The notes under the pieces: model-generated
The model's database searches: none
The model's input: only the letters and a program-made list of their open reading frames with translations
What the model was told of the DNA's origin: nothing
Position numbers and translations under genes: made by a program
In this document: positions 19,043 through 28,140 of the stretch, piece after piece
Numbering within the stretch: position 1 is the stretch's first letter
Layout: each line of letters starts with the position of its first letter
DNA from: a virus
Lineage: Duplodnaviria; Caudoviricetes
Virus record (IMG/VR): IMGVR_UViG_3300032038_000060
Location: 1-64,000 of that record
DNA: 64,000 bases
Direction: 5' to 3' (one strand)

Positions 19043-19535
19043 TATGCAACCGCACAACTGCATAATACCATAGTTCCATAACTGTGCAACTATTCAATTT
19101 TACCTATTCTAAAATATGCATCTGCACATTTATGCATGTATGTAACTATGCGATTATGTAGCCGCACAGCTGCACAATAACGAACCCACACATATTTGCG
19201 GTTGCATAACCACACAAGTACACAACTGCGCATATATGTAGTAATGCGGTTGCAGAAATGCCTAACTGTGCAAATGTGCAAATATGTAATTACTTGTCTG
19301 TATAGTTGCACACATGTGCAGTTATGCGGTTCTGCAAATTTAATATTGCGTGGTCGCATACTTGTGCTTTTGTGCAGTTGTGCAACTCTGCGATTACATA
19401 AACTATATTCCGATGATGGGAAATTATATTCCTTCGTCGTCCCTAAGCTGGGTATATCCATAGTGTTGTCTTATTTGTTGTAGCTGGTGCAAAGGTATGC
19501 ATAATTTTGCAACTGCACAACTTTGCAACTGCAAA
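19043..19535. repeat. Degenerate 8-bp-phased repeat array (parC/centromere-like). A short array also lies at 18062-18105.
   Basis: For example actgtgca aatgtgca aatatgta attacttg tctgtata gttgcaca catgtgca gttatgcg gttctgca. The arrays flank parA and surround its promoter box at 19490-19497. Confidence 0.7.
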
Positions 19536-19781
19536 CGTGTATAATTTTAAGTTTTTTTAATGATTCAGGTCTGCCCACTGGCTTTGCCGAGCGCGTTTTG
19601 ATTTTACTTTGCCCACTGGCTGCGCCGAGCGCTATTCGCACCTCAGGAATAAATAACGGCAACCTTGCAGGTTTTACATCAATTCTTTAATCATCAACTG
19701 ATGCGAGCATCGTTGAATGCTTCAAGATTTATTGTATTGTTGTTTCACAACATTGTCGTTATTTATTCCGTTCGGTTTGTC

Positions 19782-19816
19782 TGCCCTTGCATTGTGAAAG
19801 CTGCTATTGTATATTG
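19782..19816 (+). promoter_or_regulatory. Phage late-promoter motif TGCCCTTG-N20-TATATTG
   Basis: Boxes at 19782-19789 and 19810-19816. Heads the 19844-28140 lysis/terminase cluster. Confidence 0.75.
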
Positions 19817-19843
19817 CACGAAAAAACAAAAATCAGGTTTGAT

Positions 19844-21034
19844 ATGGTAGTTAAAATCGGAAATAGTGAATACCTGAAGCGGGTGAATAATATGACCGCT
19901 GTGGAGAAGGAAGAGTATCTGAGCAGGGTAGGGGAGTGGCTGAAGGAGCAGGCTCCGTTGCTTGTGCCTAAGATGGAGGAAGAGACTGCGCGGTTTCAGA
20001 ACGTCATTCAGTGCAGTGTAGGATGGAACGATGCGGAGTGCAATGCTTGGACGGATGGTGTACGTCTGCTGACGGCGTATGCTGCTACTGGTGAGACTTG
20101 GCTGCCGGACATGCTGTATGTGAAAGCGGCAAAGAGAAGCATCAGGAGGATGGTGGACATACTGCAAGCGGCTGTGATACCTCTTCGTGTGGTAAATGAA
20201 GTTGCAGAAGTTGATACCGGAAATGAGACAATTACCGAAGAACAGCGGCAACGCATTCTCCAGAAATACGGGGAGGCAAAAGAGGACCCTGCGGAGGAAA
20301 CCAGCAAGGCAACGCAGGATGTCGCTTCCTTTCAGGCTGATGCCAGTAATGGCGATATCGCTGGCGGGGATAAGGACGGAGAAGCGAAGGTAAACGATAA
20401 CCTTAACGTTAACGATAACAAACCTGAAACCAGGAACCTGAAACCAGAAACTAAGATGGTGCCGGTGCGTCCGAAGCACATTGACCAGTATGTGCATTTG
20501 TTGCCGAAGAAAACGCAGGAGAGGGCGGCGATGGTGCAGAGTTTATTGCGTGAACTTGATATGGCACGTGAAAATGAGCGTAAGCTGATGGATAACAATG
20601 CGCACCCTGACACTATAGCACAGTGGGCTAAGATGGCTACCAATATCGACAATAAACTGAAGTCTATCTATCAGGAGCTGGACGACGAATGGGAACGTCT
20701 GGCAAAGAGCGGCAGGGTGACTGTTGATGATTTTGGGAATGCGCACGTGGTTCCTGGCGAAAACGATAACGAAAACGATAACGAAAACGATAACGTTAAC
20801 GAAAAGGCTGAGTTGACGCCGGAGCAGAGGGAGAGACGTCGTAATCTGAGAAAGTGGCTTACTGACACTCGCAGGGGTAATGGTGCTGCACGTGAGGAGC
20901 GTGTAAAGAAGTGGCGCGAGAACTTTGCGGAGTATCTAACTCTGGAGGGTGATACTGCCTTCAAGGATGAGAAGATTATCGAGGCGGCGGAGCATTATGG
21001 GATAGACATGGAAGATGTAAGAGGTAAGATGTAA
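19844..21034 (+). CDS. Hypothetical phage protein (acidic, ND repeats)
   Basis: Start MVVKIG at 19844, downstream of the promoter motif. Contains in-frame KPETRNLKPET and NDNEND repeat insertions. Confidence 0.7.
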   Translation: MVVKIGNSEYLKRVNNMTAVEKEEYLSRVGEWLKEQAPLLVPKMEEETARFQNVIQCSVGWNDAECNAWTDGVRLLTAYAATGETWLPDMLYVKAAKRSIRRMVDILQAAVIPLRVVNEVAEVDTGNETITEEQRQRILQKYGEAKEDPAEETSKATQDVASFQADASNGDIAGGDKDGEAKVNDNLNVNDNKPETRNLKPETKMVPVRPKHIDQYVHLLPKKTQERAAMVQSLLRELDMARENERKLMDNNAHPDTIAQWAKMATNIDNKLKSIYQELDDEWERLAKSGRVTVDDFGNAHVVPGENDNENDNENDNVNEKAELTPEQRERRRNLRKWLTDTRRGNGAAREERVKKWRENFAEYLTLEGDTAFKDEKIIEAAEHYGIDMEDVRGKM

Positions 21035-21062
21035 GAGGTAAGAACAACAACACAAACGAGAT

Positions 21063-21578
21063 ATGACTTTTGAGAGAATAGTTAGGAAATGGTGTAAACT
21101 GTACACCCCGATGCTTGATAGTCCCAAGAACCGTAGATTCTTCTTTACGGATTCGAGGGAGAACATGATCGAGATGGTGAAGCAGTGGAACCCCAAGATG
21201 ACGCCATGTGTGGTAATGGAGGGAGTTGCAGAGGGCGGAGGTCCGCTTAGACGTCCGTCGATGAACTATCCGATATACTTCTTTGTCAGAGCGAATGATA
21301 TGAAAGACGGAGATTCAACATGGCTGGCTGTTCAGGATGCTCTGATGCATAAGGATAATTTCCTTGCCTGGCTGCTAAAAAAGCACGAAGAGGAATTGGA
21401 TGAAGGGAAGAATGACGGTGACTTCGCACGTATAAACCTTGACGATGCACAGCAGGACATTATGACTATCGGTCCTATTGGTGACGGATGGTATGCAATT
21501 CTGCTGCAGATTGATCGTGAGGAGCCTCTGAATCTGTGTGTGGATCCGAATTTGTATATAGAAGAGGAGGAGTGTTGA
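21063..21578 (+). CDS. Hypothetical virion protein (tail-terminator-like size and acidity)
   Basis: 171-aa ORF in a late cluster. The function is a guess. Confidence 0.5.
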   Translation: MTFERIVRKWCKLYTPMLDSPKNRRFFFTDSRENMIEMVKQWNPKMTPCVVMEGVAEGGGPLRRPSMNYPIYFFVRANDMKDGDSTWLAVQDALMHKDNFLAWLLKKHEEELDEGKNDGDFARINLDDAQQDIMTIGPIGDGWYAILLQIDREEPLNLCVDPNLYIEEEEC

Positions 21579-21579
21579 C

Positions 21580-21688
21580 GGTTTGACTTCGTCGATACTC
21601 CCAAGTTCTCCCAGTTCTGTCTAAGCCTCTTCGCAGAAGCAACATCGGCTTGACATCACTGGTCGCTTTGGGCGCATTCAGGTTTCAA
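21580..21688. repeat. 109-bp exact repeat (copy 2)
   Basis: Identical to 14701-14809. Confidence 0.95.
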
Positions 21689-21712
21689 TTTTCAGGTTTC
21701 AAGTTTCAGGTT

Positions 21713-21865
21713 ATGAAGAAGAATTGTTTGAATTGTATGAGGGTAAAACCTCTGCTTGATGGAATTGCGAAGAAGGGTCACGGCTGTATAAATAATCCTG
21801 ACATGCGTGTCAACGGACGTATGGTATGTGAGGAGTGGAAGTCGGGAGACGTGACAATAGTTTAA
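21713..21865 (+). CDS. Small Cys-rich protein
   Basis: MKKNCLNC...GC...CEEW, 50 aa. The ATG directly follows a heptamer run. Confidence 0.5.
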   Translation: MKKNCLNCMRVKPLLDGIAKKGHGCINNPDMRVNGRMVCEEWKSGDVTIV

Positions 21866-21898
21866 AGTTTAAAGTTTAAAGTTTAAAGTTAAAGAGTT

Positions 21899-22057
21899 AT
21901 GTATCACATGTTTAAGGATGACCCGTGGGGAAACAAGATACCAATAATGTCGATTGCACACAAGAGTGTTGCTGATGATTTTCTTCAGAAGCACAAAGAC
22001 ATTATCACAAAGGTGGTGAATGTTCCAAGCAATGTTCAATCTCTGATAGTGGTGTAG
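21899..22057 (+). CDS. Small hypothetical protein (not in the ORF track)
   Basis: 52 aa, MYHMFKDDPWGNKIPIMSIAHKSVADDFLQKHKDIITKVVNVPSNVQSLIVV. The ATG follows a (taaagtt)n run. Confidence 0.45.
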   Translation: MYHMFKDDPWGNKIPIMSIAHKSVADDFLQKHKDIITKVVNVPSNVQSLIVV

Positions 22058-22173
22058 GTTTGACTTCGTCGATAATCCCAAGACTCCCTATAACGTCTAA
22101 GCCTCCCCACGGGGGTAACATCGGCTTGTCGCTATTCGGTCGCTTTGGGCTCATTCAAGTTTCAAGTTTCAGG
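22057..22173. repeat. REP-like structured element, diverged copy
   Basis: Same ends as 14701/21580. The inner stem cttc-gca-gaag is replaced by cccc-acg-gggg. Confidence 0.75.
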
Positions 22174-22175
22174 TT

Positions 22176-22523
22176 ATGGGTAGGAGGAAACAGCAGGAAG
22201 AGGAGAAGGCGCCGCAGAGTGTCACTGATATTGAGTCGCTGAAGAACAATGTCGATACGGCGGTGATGGACTTTGCGGAGAGGTATATGTCCGTGCCGAG
22301 GTTTACGGAGTTCTGCGAGGTGAAGGACCAGCGACAACTACGTGACGCTATGGGGCTGCGTGCCACAGATGCCGGAGACCCGTGGCCACAGGCAGAGAAA
22401 CAGTTGTTGAGTCTGGGCTTCCATTGGCAATGGCTTGGTGGCAGCCGTGTGATGTTTCTGCAGGAGAGAGAGGACTACCAGCCTGACGACGGATGGCAGG
22501 AGGCGATACCGGTTAATGGTTAG
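22176..22523 (+). CDS. Hypothetical protein
   Basis: 115-aa ORF in a co-oriented cluster. Confidence 0.6.
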   Translation: MGRRKQQEEEKAPQSVTDIESLKNNVDTAVMDFAERYMSVPRFTEFCEVKDQRQLRDAMGLRATDAGDPWPQAEKQLLSLGFHWQWLGGSRVMFLQEREDYQPDDGWQEAIPVNG

Positions 22524-22567
22524 CGGTTTCAGGTTTTAAGTTTCAGGTTTCAAGTTTCAAGTGAGTT

Positions 22568-22996
22568 ATGACACCGAAAGAGAATTGCAAACGTTTTGTT
22601 TCTGCTGTGTCGAAGCGCAGCGGGATATGTAAGGCGACTGTCGAGCAGGTGCTGCCGGCAATATTTGACGAGATACGTTATCAGTTGGTAGAGGGTAAGA
22701 TTCCACATGTGCCTATTGATTCGTTCGGCACCTTTGCCATAAAAGAGATGCCGCAACGTCAGTATCACTATACTCGCGGCGGTAAGGATGAGTTGCGCAT
22801 TCTGGAGGCAAAGAAGATAATAAAGTTTGCTCCGGCACATAACCTTGCCAAAGAGGTGAAGTGTGGGGTATTTGACCCTACGCGAAGAGCATTCACCCGT
22901 CATCCTGACGACCCGATAATCAGGCGTCGCAAGAACTTTAAGTATAAGCCTTTGATAGGAGATATACCGAAGGGGCAAGTAACGGTTATAGGTTAA
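22568..22996 (+). CDS. HU/IHF family DNA-binding protein
   Basis: 'VSKRSGICKATVEQVL...IDSFGTFAIKEMPQR...IIKFAPA' is the HU/IHF signature. Confidence 0.85.
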   Translation: MTPKENCKRFVSAVSKRSGICKATVEQVLPAIFDEIRYQLVEGKIPHVPIDSFGTFAIKEMPQRQYHYTRGGKDELRILEAKKIIKFAPAHNLAKEVKCGVFDPTRRAFTRHPDDPIIRRRKNFKYKPLIGDIPKGQVTVIG

Positions 22997-23028
22997 AGGT
23001 TAACGGTTAAAGATTAAAGATATAGGTT

Positions 23029-23682
23029 ATGGAAGACAATGATTATCGCTATGATGGCGACGAACCTGTAAAGGAGATTATACGCAGATTCTTTTATGTT
23101 ATGATTGTTTTTTTCTCAACAATCATTGGGTGTCTGTTGATATGTTCGTTTTTCAGCAGCTGCAGCGCACCGAGGGAAACCTCGTACATAGAGCAGCATA
23201 AAATGGAGAGGATGATGGAACGCATGGATTCTGTCATCAGCACAAAGACTATTATACAGCAGGATAGTGCTTGGCGTGAGTCTATCATGCGCCAGTTTGA
23301 GAGCATACGGGAAAAGAGTGACACGAGCCATACCATAGTGCTTGACTCCGCCGGAAATGTTATCAGGGAGAAAATAATTATAAACAATATCCGCGAGACA
23401 ACCAGCGAGAAGGAGCGTAAGGAACGCGAAGGGATGATACACCGTATGGAGGTGATGGATTCTACTATGAATATCATGCGTCAGCAACTCAGCACTACTG
23501 ACTCCCTTCTACGTTCGAGGGAAGATACAAAGATAAAGGAGGTAGAGAAAGACCTGTCATGGTGGCAACAGGCAAGGATATGGTTAGGTAATATGGTACT
23601 GATAGCACTTGTCATCGCGGCTGCGATATGGGTAGTTAAGAAGAGGACTTGGTGGCTGACGTTGATAAGGAAGATTATATAG
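23029..23682 (+). CDS. Lipoprotein with a C-terminal TM helix, probable unimolecular spanin
   Basis: Hydrophobic N-region ending in the lipobox FSSC, coiled-coil middle, C-terminal TM 'WLGNMVLIALVIAAAIWVV', near the endolysin. Confidence 0.6.
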   Translation: MEDNDYRYDGDEPVKEIIRRFFYVMIVFFSTIIGCLLICSFFSSCSAPRETSYIEQHKMERMMERMDSVISTKTIIQQDSAWRESIMRQFESIREKSDTSHTIVLDSAGNVIREKIIINNIRETTSEKERKEREGMIHRMEVMDSTMNIMRQQLSTTDSLLRSREDTKIKEVEKDLSWWQQARIWLGNMVLIALVIAAAIWVVKKRTWWLTLIRKII

Positions 23683-23726
23683 TTTCAGGTTTCAGGTTTC
23701 TGGTTTCAGGTTTCAAGTTTTAGGTT

Positions 23727-23993
23727 ATGAAGACTTTAGCATTATCAGAATTGCGCCGTGTTGCTGAGCGCTTTGACGCTAAGCATGAGCGCATACCGTG
23801 GAAGGTTTGGTATGTGGCGGCCAGTAATGGCGACTGCATAAGGGGTGAGGCGTGTGTCACTATTGCAGTTGATGTTAATGGTCCGGGAGCTTTTCCTTCA
23901 CGGCTGGTACAGTTTACCGCCAGCGGACAGACACGCCGCCTGCGCGACTGCTGCATACTGAGGGCGGACGATTTTATACTGAGGGTGTTATAA
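23727..23993 (+). CDS. Hypothetical phage protein
   Basis: 88-aa ORF in the late cluster. Confidence 0.6.
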   Translation: MKTLALSELRRVAERFDAKHERIPWKVWYVAASNGDCIRGEACVTIAVDVNGPGAFPSRLVQFTASGQTRRLRDCCILRADDFILRVL

Positions 23994-24055
23994 CGGTTAA
24001 CGGTTAAAGGTTAACGGTTAAAGGTTAGAGATTTTAAAAAAAAAATATAAAGACT

Positions 24056-24784
24056 ATGACTATCTACAAAGAGGGTTCAAGTAATCGAACCATAAATAAA
24101 TTGATACAGAAAGCAGTGGGGGCTTATCCCGATGGTGTATGGGGGCCTATCACGACAGAATGTCTGAAGGCATGGCAGAGAGAAAATAATCTGACTCCAG
24201 ATGGTATAGCGGGTCCGGCCACTTTAGCCAAGATGGGACTTGCGGCAACGAGCACATCTTCTTCCCAAAACTCTTCAACAATAAAGCATGCTGACCTTAT
24301 ACTGAAAAAATCGAAGCGACGTATTGACTACATTGCCGTGCATTGTACCGCCTCACGTGAAGGTCAGGCAATGACGGTGGAGGAGATACGCAAGAACCAT
24401 CGGGCACAAGGATGGAGTGATATAGGGTATCACTACGTAATAACACTTGACGGCAGCGTACATCTGGGGCGCGACGTGGATATTGCAGGCTCTCACGTGA
24501 AGGGTTATAATGCCAATTCTATCGGCGTAGTATATGTCGGTGGACTTGAAAACAAAACCAATGTGCCGTATGTTCAGCTGAAGCCAAAGGATACACGCAC
24601 AGAGGCGCAGAAGGCGGCGCTGCTGTCGCTGCTGATGGATTTAAGGAAGTTATATCCCAAGGCAAAGATACAGGGGCACAGGGATTTTTCGCCCGATAAA
24701 AACCATGACGGGATTATCTCTGCCGATGAATGGATAAAGGATTGTCCGTGCTTTGATGCGAAGAAGGAATATAGGGATGTTTAA
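24056..24784 (+). CDS. Endolysin: peptidoglycan-binding domain plus N-acetylmuramoyl-L-alanine amidase (T7-lysozyme-like)
   Basis: PG-binding repeats 'DGVWGPIT' and 'DGIAGPAT'. Amidase motifs 'IAVHCTA', 'GWSDIGYHY', 'GSHVKGYNANSIG', 'IQGHRDF' and 'KDCPCFD'. Confidence 0.95.
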   Translation: MTIYKEGSSNRTINKLIQKAVGAYPDGVWGPITTECLKAWQRENNLTPDGIAGPATLAKMGLAATSTSSSQNSSTIKHADLILKKSKRRIDYIAVHCTASREGQAMTVEEIRKNHRAQGWSDIGYHYVITLDGSVHLGRDVDIAGSHVKGYNANSIGVVYVGGLENKTNVPYVQLKPKDTRTEAQKAALLSLLMDLRKLYPKAKIQGHRDFSPDKNHDGIISADEWIKDCPCFDAKKEYRDV

Positions 24785-24817
24785 TGGTTTCAAGTTTCAA
24801 GTTTCAGGTTTCAAGTT

Positions 24818-25468
24818 ATGGCACAGGTCAGTACTATACCGCAGCAGTTGATGACGTCGGCTCTGCTGCATTTCCAGAACGGCGTACCTATTGACGATTG
24901 CAACTGCCGGGCGGAGCACAAGCGCCGTCTGGCAAGGGTGAGTCATGTATATTGGCAGTGGGTGAGAAACCCTTTCCTTGATGCGTTTGCTATGTTCAAG
25001 CAACTGTCGAAAGGTAAATATGCTGACGTACAGAGTGCATGGCGAGTGGCGCAGAAAGATAAGATTCTGTTTGACTTTGTGGTAGATAATGTTTCGCCGT
25101 CATCACGTAAGCAGGATGAAGCGAAGGTAAGGTTTGCTGCAGAGCAGGCTATGAGGATAGGTGCGGAGACGGACAACCCTGATGCACTCGTAAAAGGTGG
25201 CAGGTTATTGTCAGACGTAGCCCATTTGAAAGATCCTGAGAGCGAGAACAGGGATATGAGCAAGGCAGTGTTCCTACCACCTGTAGTTACAACGAGCGCA
25301 CACGAGGTGGATGATACTAAGGAGGATATGAGTGACAAGCAGTCTTTGGCTATCATGGATAAGTATAATGCCTATGTCGATGAGAAGCGTAAGATGATTG
25401 ATGACAGAGTGTCCGTCATGGAAGCAGAATCGGTAGTGATTCTCCAGAATGACGACATAACGGAATAA
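24818..25468 (+). CDS. Probable terminase small subunit
   Basis: 216-aa helical protein directly upstream of the large terminase. Positional inference. Confidence 0.5.
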   Translation: MAQVSTIPQQLMTSALLHFQNGVPIDDCNCRAEHKRRLARVSHVYWQWVRNPFLDAFAMFKQLSKGKYADVQSAWRVAQKDKILFDFVVDNVSPSSRKQDEAKVRFAAEQAMRIGAETDNPDALVKGGRLLSDVAHLKDPESENRDMSKAVFLPPVVTTSAHEVDDTKEDMSDKQSLAIMDKYNAYVDEKRKMIDDRVSVMEAESVVILQNDDITE

Positions 25469-25487
25469 CGATATAACGACAAGTATA

Positions 25488-27419
25488 ATGAGCCGCATTG
25501 GAACTAACATAAATGTCAGTTCAGACAATCTGGAGGCGAAGATGATGCCAGATATTGACGAGGAAAGACCCGAACCCGAAGAGGGTGGGGAAGTAGATTT
25601 GCTGGGTGACGGTCAGCATAAGATATACATGCACCGTGGGCAGTTGGACATCTACAACTTTGGCTCATCTCATTCTATCGTCCGTGCGGCCCGTGGCTTC
25701 GGCAAGACCTCGCTCTTAGGCATCGACAGCATGAAGTGTGTGCTTGGCTTGCCGCGTCTGATAGGACTTTTCCTTGGTGCCAGTGCCAAGCAGCTGATGT
25801 GCCGCACCATGCCCAATGTACTGAAGATATACGACATGCTGGGTTTTCAGGAGGGTGTCTTCTATTTTCGTGGGCAGGCTCCTGCCAAGCTGCGATGGGA
25901 GATGCCGTTAGCGAAGATACGCAACTGGGAGAGTGCCGTGCATTTCCAAAATGGCGCAGTCATGCTTGGAATTTCAATGGCAGTGAAGGGTAGTTGTAAC
26001 GGCATAAACGCCGGATGGATGAGGGGTGACGAGACAAAGTATATGCCGTGGTCGAGAGTAAAGGAAGAAGCCTTCCCTACTGTGCGTGGTGAATATCTGC
26101 CTAAGGCCATGCGTAAAACTGAGCAGAAGCGGTGGGGCTACGGCACTGATCCGAAGATGAACAACTATTATTGCTCCACCATGTTCGTCAGCGATGCCGG
26201 TCTGACTCAGAAGCAATGTGAGTGGGAGAAGGAGGAGATGTATGAGACTCACGACATTAACAAGCAAATTGCGGAAATGCTGGCAGACCTAAAGTATCTG
26301 GAACGTCACAATCCAAAGATGGCGGTACAGCTGGCACAGAATGAAACGTTTTTGAAGAAGTTGCACCTGCTGCGCTCGCAGAGCGAGACATTCTGGAACT
26401 TCTCTTCCTTGGAGAACGCTGCTATGCTCGGCGGTGAGGCGTGGATACGCCAGATGAAACGGCAGTTGCCAGACCTGATGTTCCGTATCCAGATTCTCGG
26501 TCAGAAGAAAGGTGCCGCCAAGGATGGCTTCTATTCCAACTTCGACATAGACATCCACGGCTACACATGTGATGACTTTGAGACCTATAGCCTGATGGCC
26601 GACATGTTTACCGTGAAGCAGAAGGGTAAGGCGCTCGACGTGCAGAAGTGGCCGACCGCCTACGAGACGGAGAGCATTGACTACGACCGGTGTAAGGCTG
26701 CTGCCGACAACTGCAGCCTTGATACGGACGTGGACTATACAGAGCCGCTGCGTATTGCTATCGACTGCAATGCCAACCTGAACTGTATGATTATCGGACA
26801 GACAAGGAACTTCGAGGGCCGTCAGTCGCTGATGATACTGAAGAGCATATATGTTATGAACGAACGGAAGTTGCGTGCGCTTTGCCGTGACTTCACGGAT
26901 TATTATAAACCCCATCTCAGACGTAACGGCAATGTGGTGTTTTATTTTACCAGCACGATTAAACAAGGCGCAGCAACTGCGTACGCCGTAGAAGGGGCGG
27001 AGGATAACCGTTTTGACAGGGTGGTTATTCAGGAGCTCTCGCAGATGGGCTGGGATGTGACGGACGTAGATATGGGCGGTGCGATGTTCCGTGAGGACAA
27101 GTATCAGTTTATCAACGACGTGCTGGCTTTCCAGCAGACACCAGCACTGCGTATCAACCGCGAGGCTGGTCGTAACGACTACCTGATTACCGCCATCGAG
27201 AATGCCGGCATCCTGCCTGGCACGTTCAAGAAGGACAAGAGCAGGGAGAAACTGAAGAGTACCGACCCGGACTCTCTGGGCGGCGACCCCCGTGAGCGTA
27301 CCGACGTGACGGACGCGCTGGATGATTTGCTCATAGGTGTGCGCTTCCACGGAGAGGGACGCCCGAAGATTGGCGGTGGACTGCGTGGCAGGTACAGAAA
27401 TATCAGATTAGGGCATTGA
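25488..27419 (+). CDS. terL: Terminase large subunit
   Basis: Walker A 'RAARGFGKTS', Walker B 'MRGDETK', nuclease motifs 'IAIDCN' and 'TDVTDALDDL'. Confidence 0.9.
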   Translation: MSRIGTNINVSSDNLEAKMMPDIDEERPEPEEGGEVDLLGDGQHKIYMHRGQLDIYNFGSSHSIVRAARGFGKTSLLGIDSMKCVLGLPRLIGLFLGASAKQLMCRTMPNVLKIYDMLGFQEGVFYFRGQAPAKLRWEMPLAKIRNWESAVHFQNGAVMLGISMAVKGSCNGINAGWMRGDETKYMPWSRVKEEAFPTVRGEYLPKAMRKTEQKRWGYGTDPKMNNYYCSTMFVSDAGLTQKQCEWEKEEMYETHDINKQIAEMLADLKYLERHNPKMAVQLAQNETFLKKLHLLRSQSETFWNFSSLENAAMLGGEAWIRQMKRQLPDLMFRIQILGQKKGAAKDGFYSNFDIDIHGYTCDDFETYSLMADMFTVKQKGKALDVQKWPTAYETESIDYDRCKAAADNCSLDTDVDYTEPLRIAIDCNANLNCMIIGQTRNFEGRQSLMILKSIYVMNERKLRALCRDFTDYYKPHLRRNGNVVFYFTSTIKQGAATAYAVEGAEDNRFDRVVIQELSQMGWDVTDVDMGGAMFREDKYQFINDVLAFQQTPALRINREAGRNDYLITAIENAGILPGTFKKDKSREKLKSTDPDSLGGDPRERTDVTDALDDLLIGVRFHGEGRPKIGGGLRGRYRNIRLGH

Positions 27420-28140
27420 TGATTGAACTCGATACGATATACAACGAGGACTGTCTGGAGGGTATGCGGCGCATGCCGGACGGGTGTGTGGATTTGGTTA
27501 TTACAGACCCACCATATCTGATAGGCAATCAGGGTGGGGGATTCTGGAGCAAGGCAGCGGAGGGCAACCATTACAATGCTCGCGGTACTCGCAAGGGTAT
27601 GGAGAAGCTGGGCAATATCAAAGACGGCTTTGATGATGCCATTCTTGACGAACTCTGCCGCGTGATGAAAAAGATAAACCTCTACGTCTTTTGTTCGCAG
27701 AAGCAGATACAGCGTTACCTCGATTACTTTGTCAACAAGAGAGGCTGCAACTGGAACCTGATATCATGGCACAAGACGAACCCGATACCAGCCTGCGGTA
27801 ACAAATATCTGAGTGATACGGAATTTATCCTGTTCTTCAGAGAGAAGGGCGTGAGGGTGTATGGCACCTACGAGACAAAGCGCACGTTCTATGTCACGCT
27901 GCGTAACCAGGAGGATAACGTGCGCTATAACCATCCCACAGTGAAGCCGCTGAATATCATCCGCAACCTTATCATCAACAGCAGCGAAATGGGGGGGTAA
28001 TTTTAGACCCTTTCATAGGAACGGGCACTACTGCCGTCGCTGCAATGCAGGAGGGTAGGCGATATATAGGCTTCGAGATAGACAAAGGATATTACGAGAC
28101 GGCGAAGGGACGAGTCTCTGCCCTTGCAAATCACGTGTGA
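27416..28140 (+). pseudogene. Beta-class N4-C/N6-A DNA methyltransferase, frameshifted at a G7 tract (27991-27997)
   Basis: The catalytic 'LVITDPPY' lies in the first frame, which stops at 28000. The SAM-binding 'VILDPFIGTGTTAVAA...IGFEIDKGYY' continues in the shifted frame to TGA 28138-28140. G8 or G5 restores the frame. Confidence 0.85.

Noticed and set aside
19090-19483. ORFs of 123 and 95 aa upstream of parA
   Set aside because: Their C/H/V/Q-rich composition is explained by the octamer repeat array, so they are probably not protein-coding.
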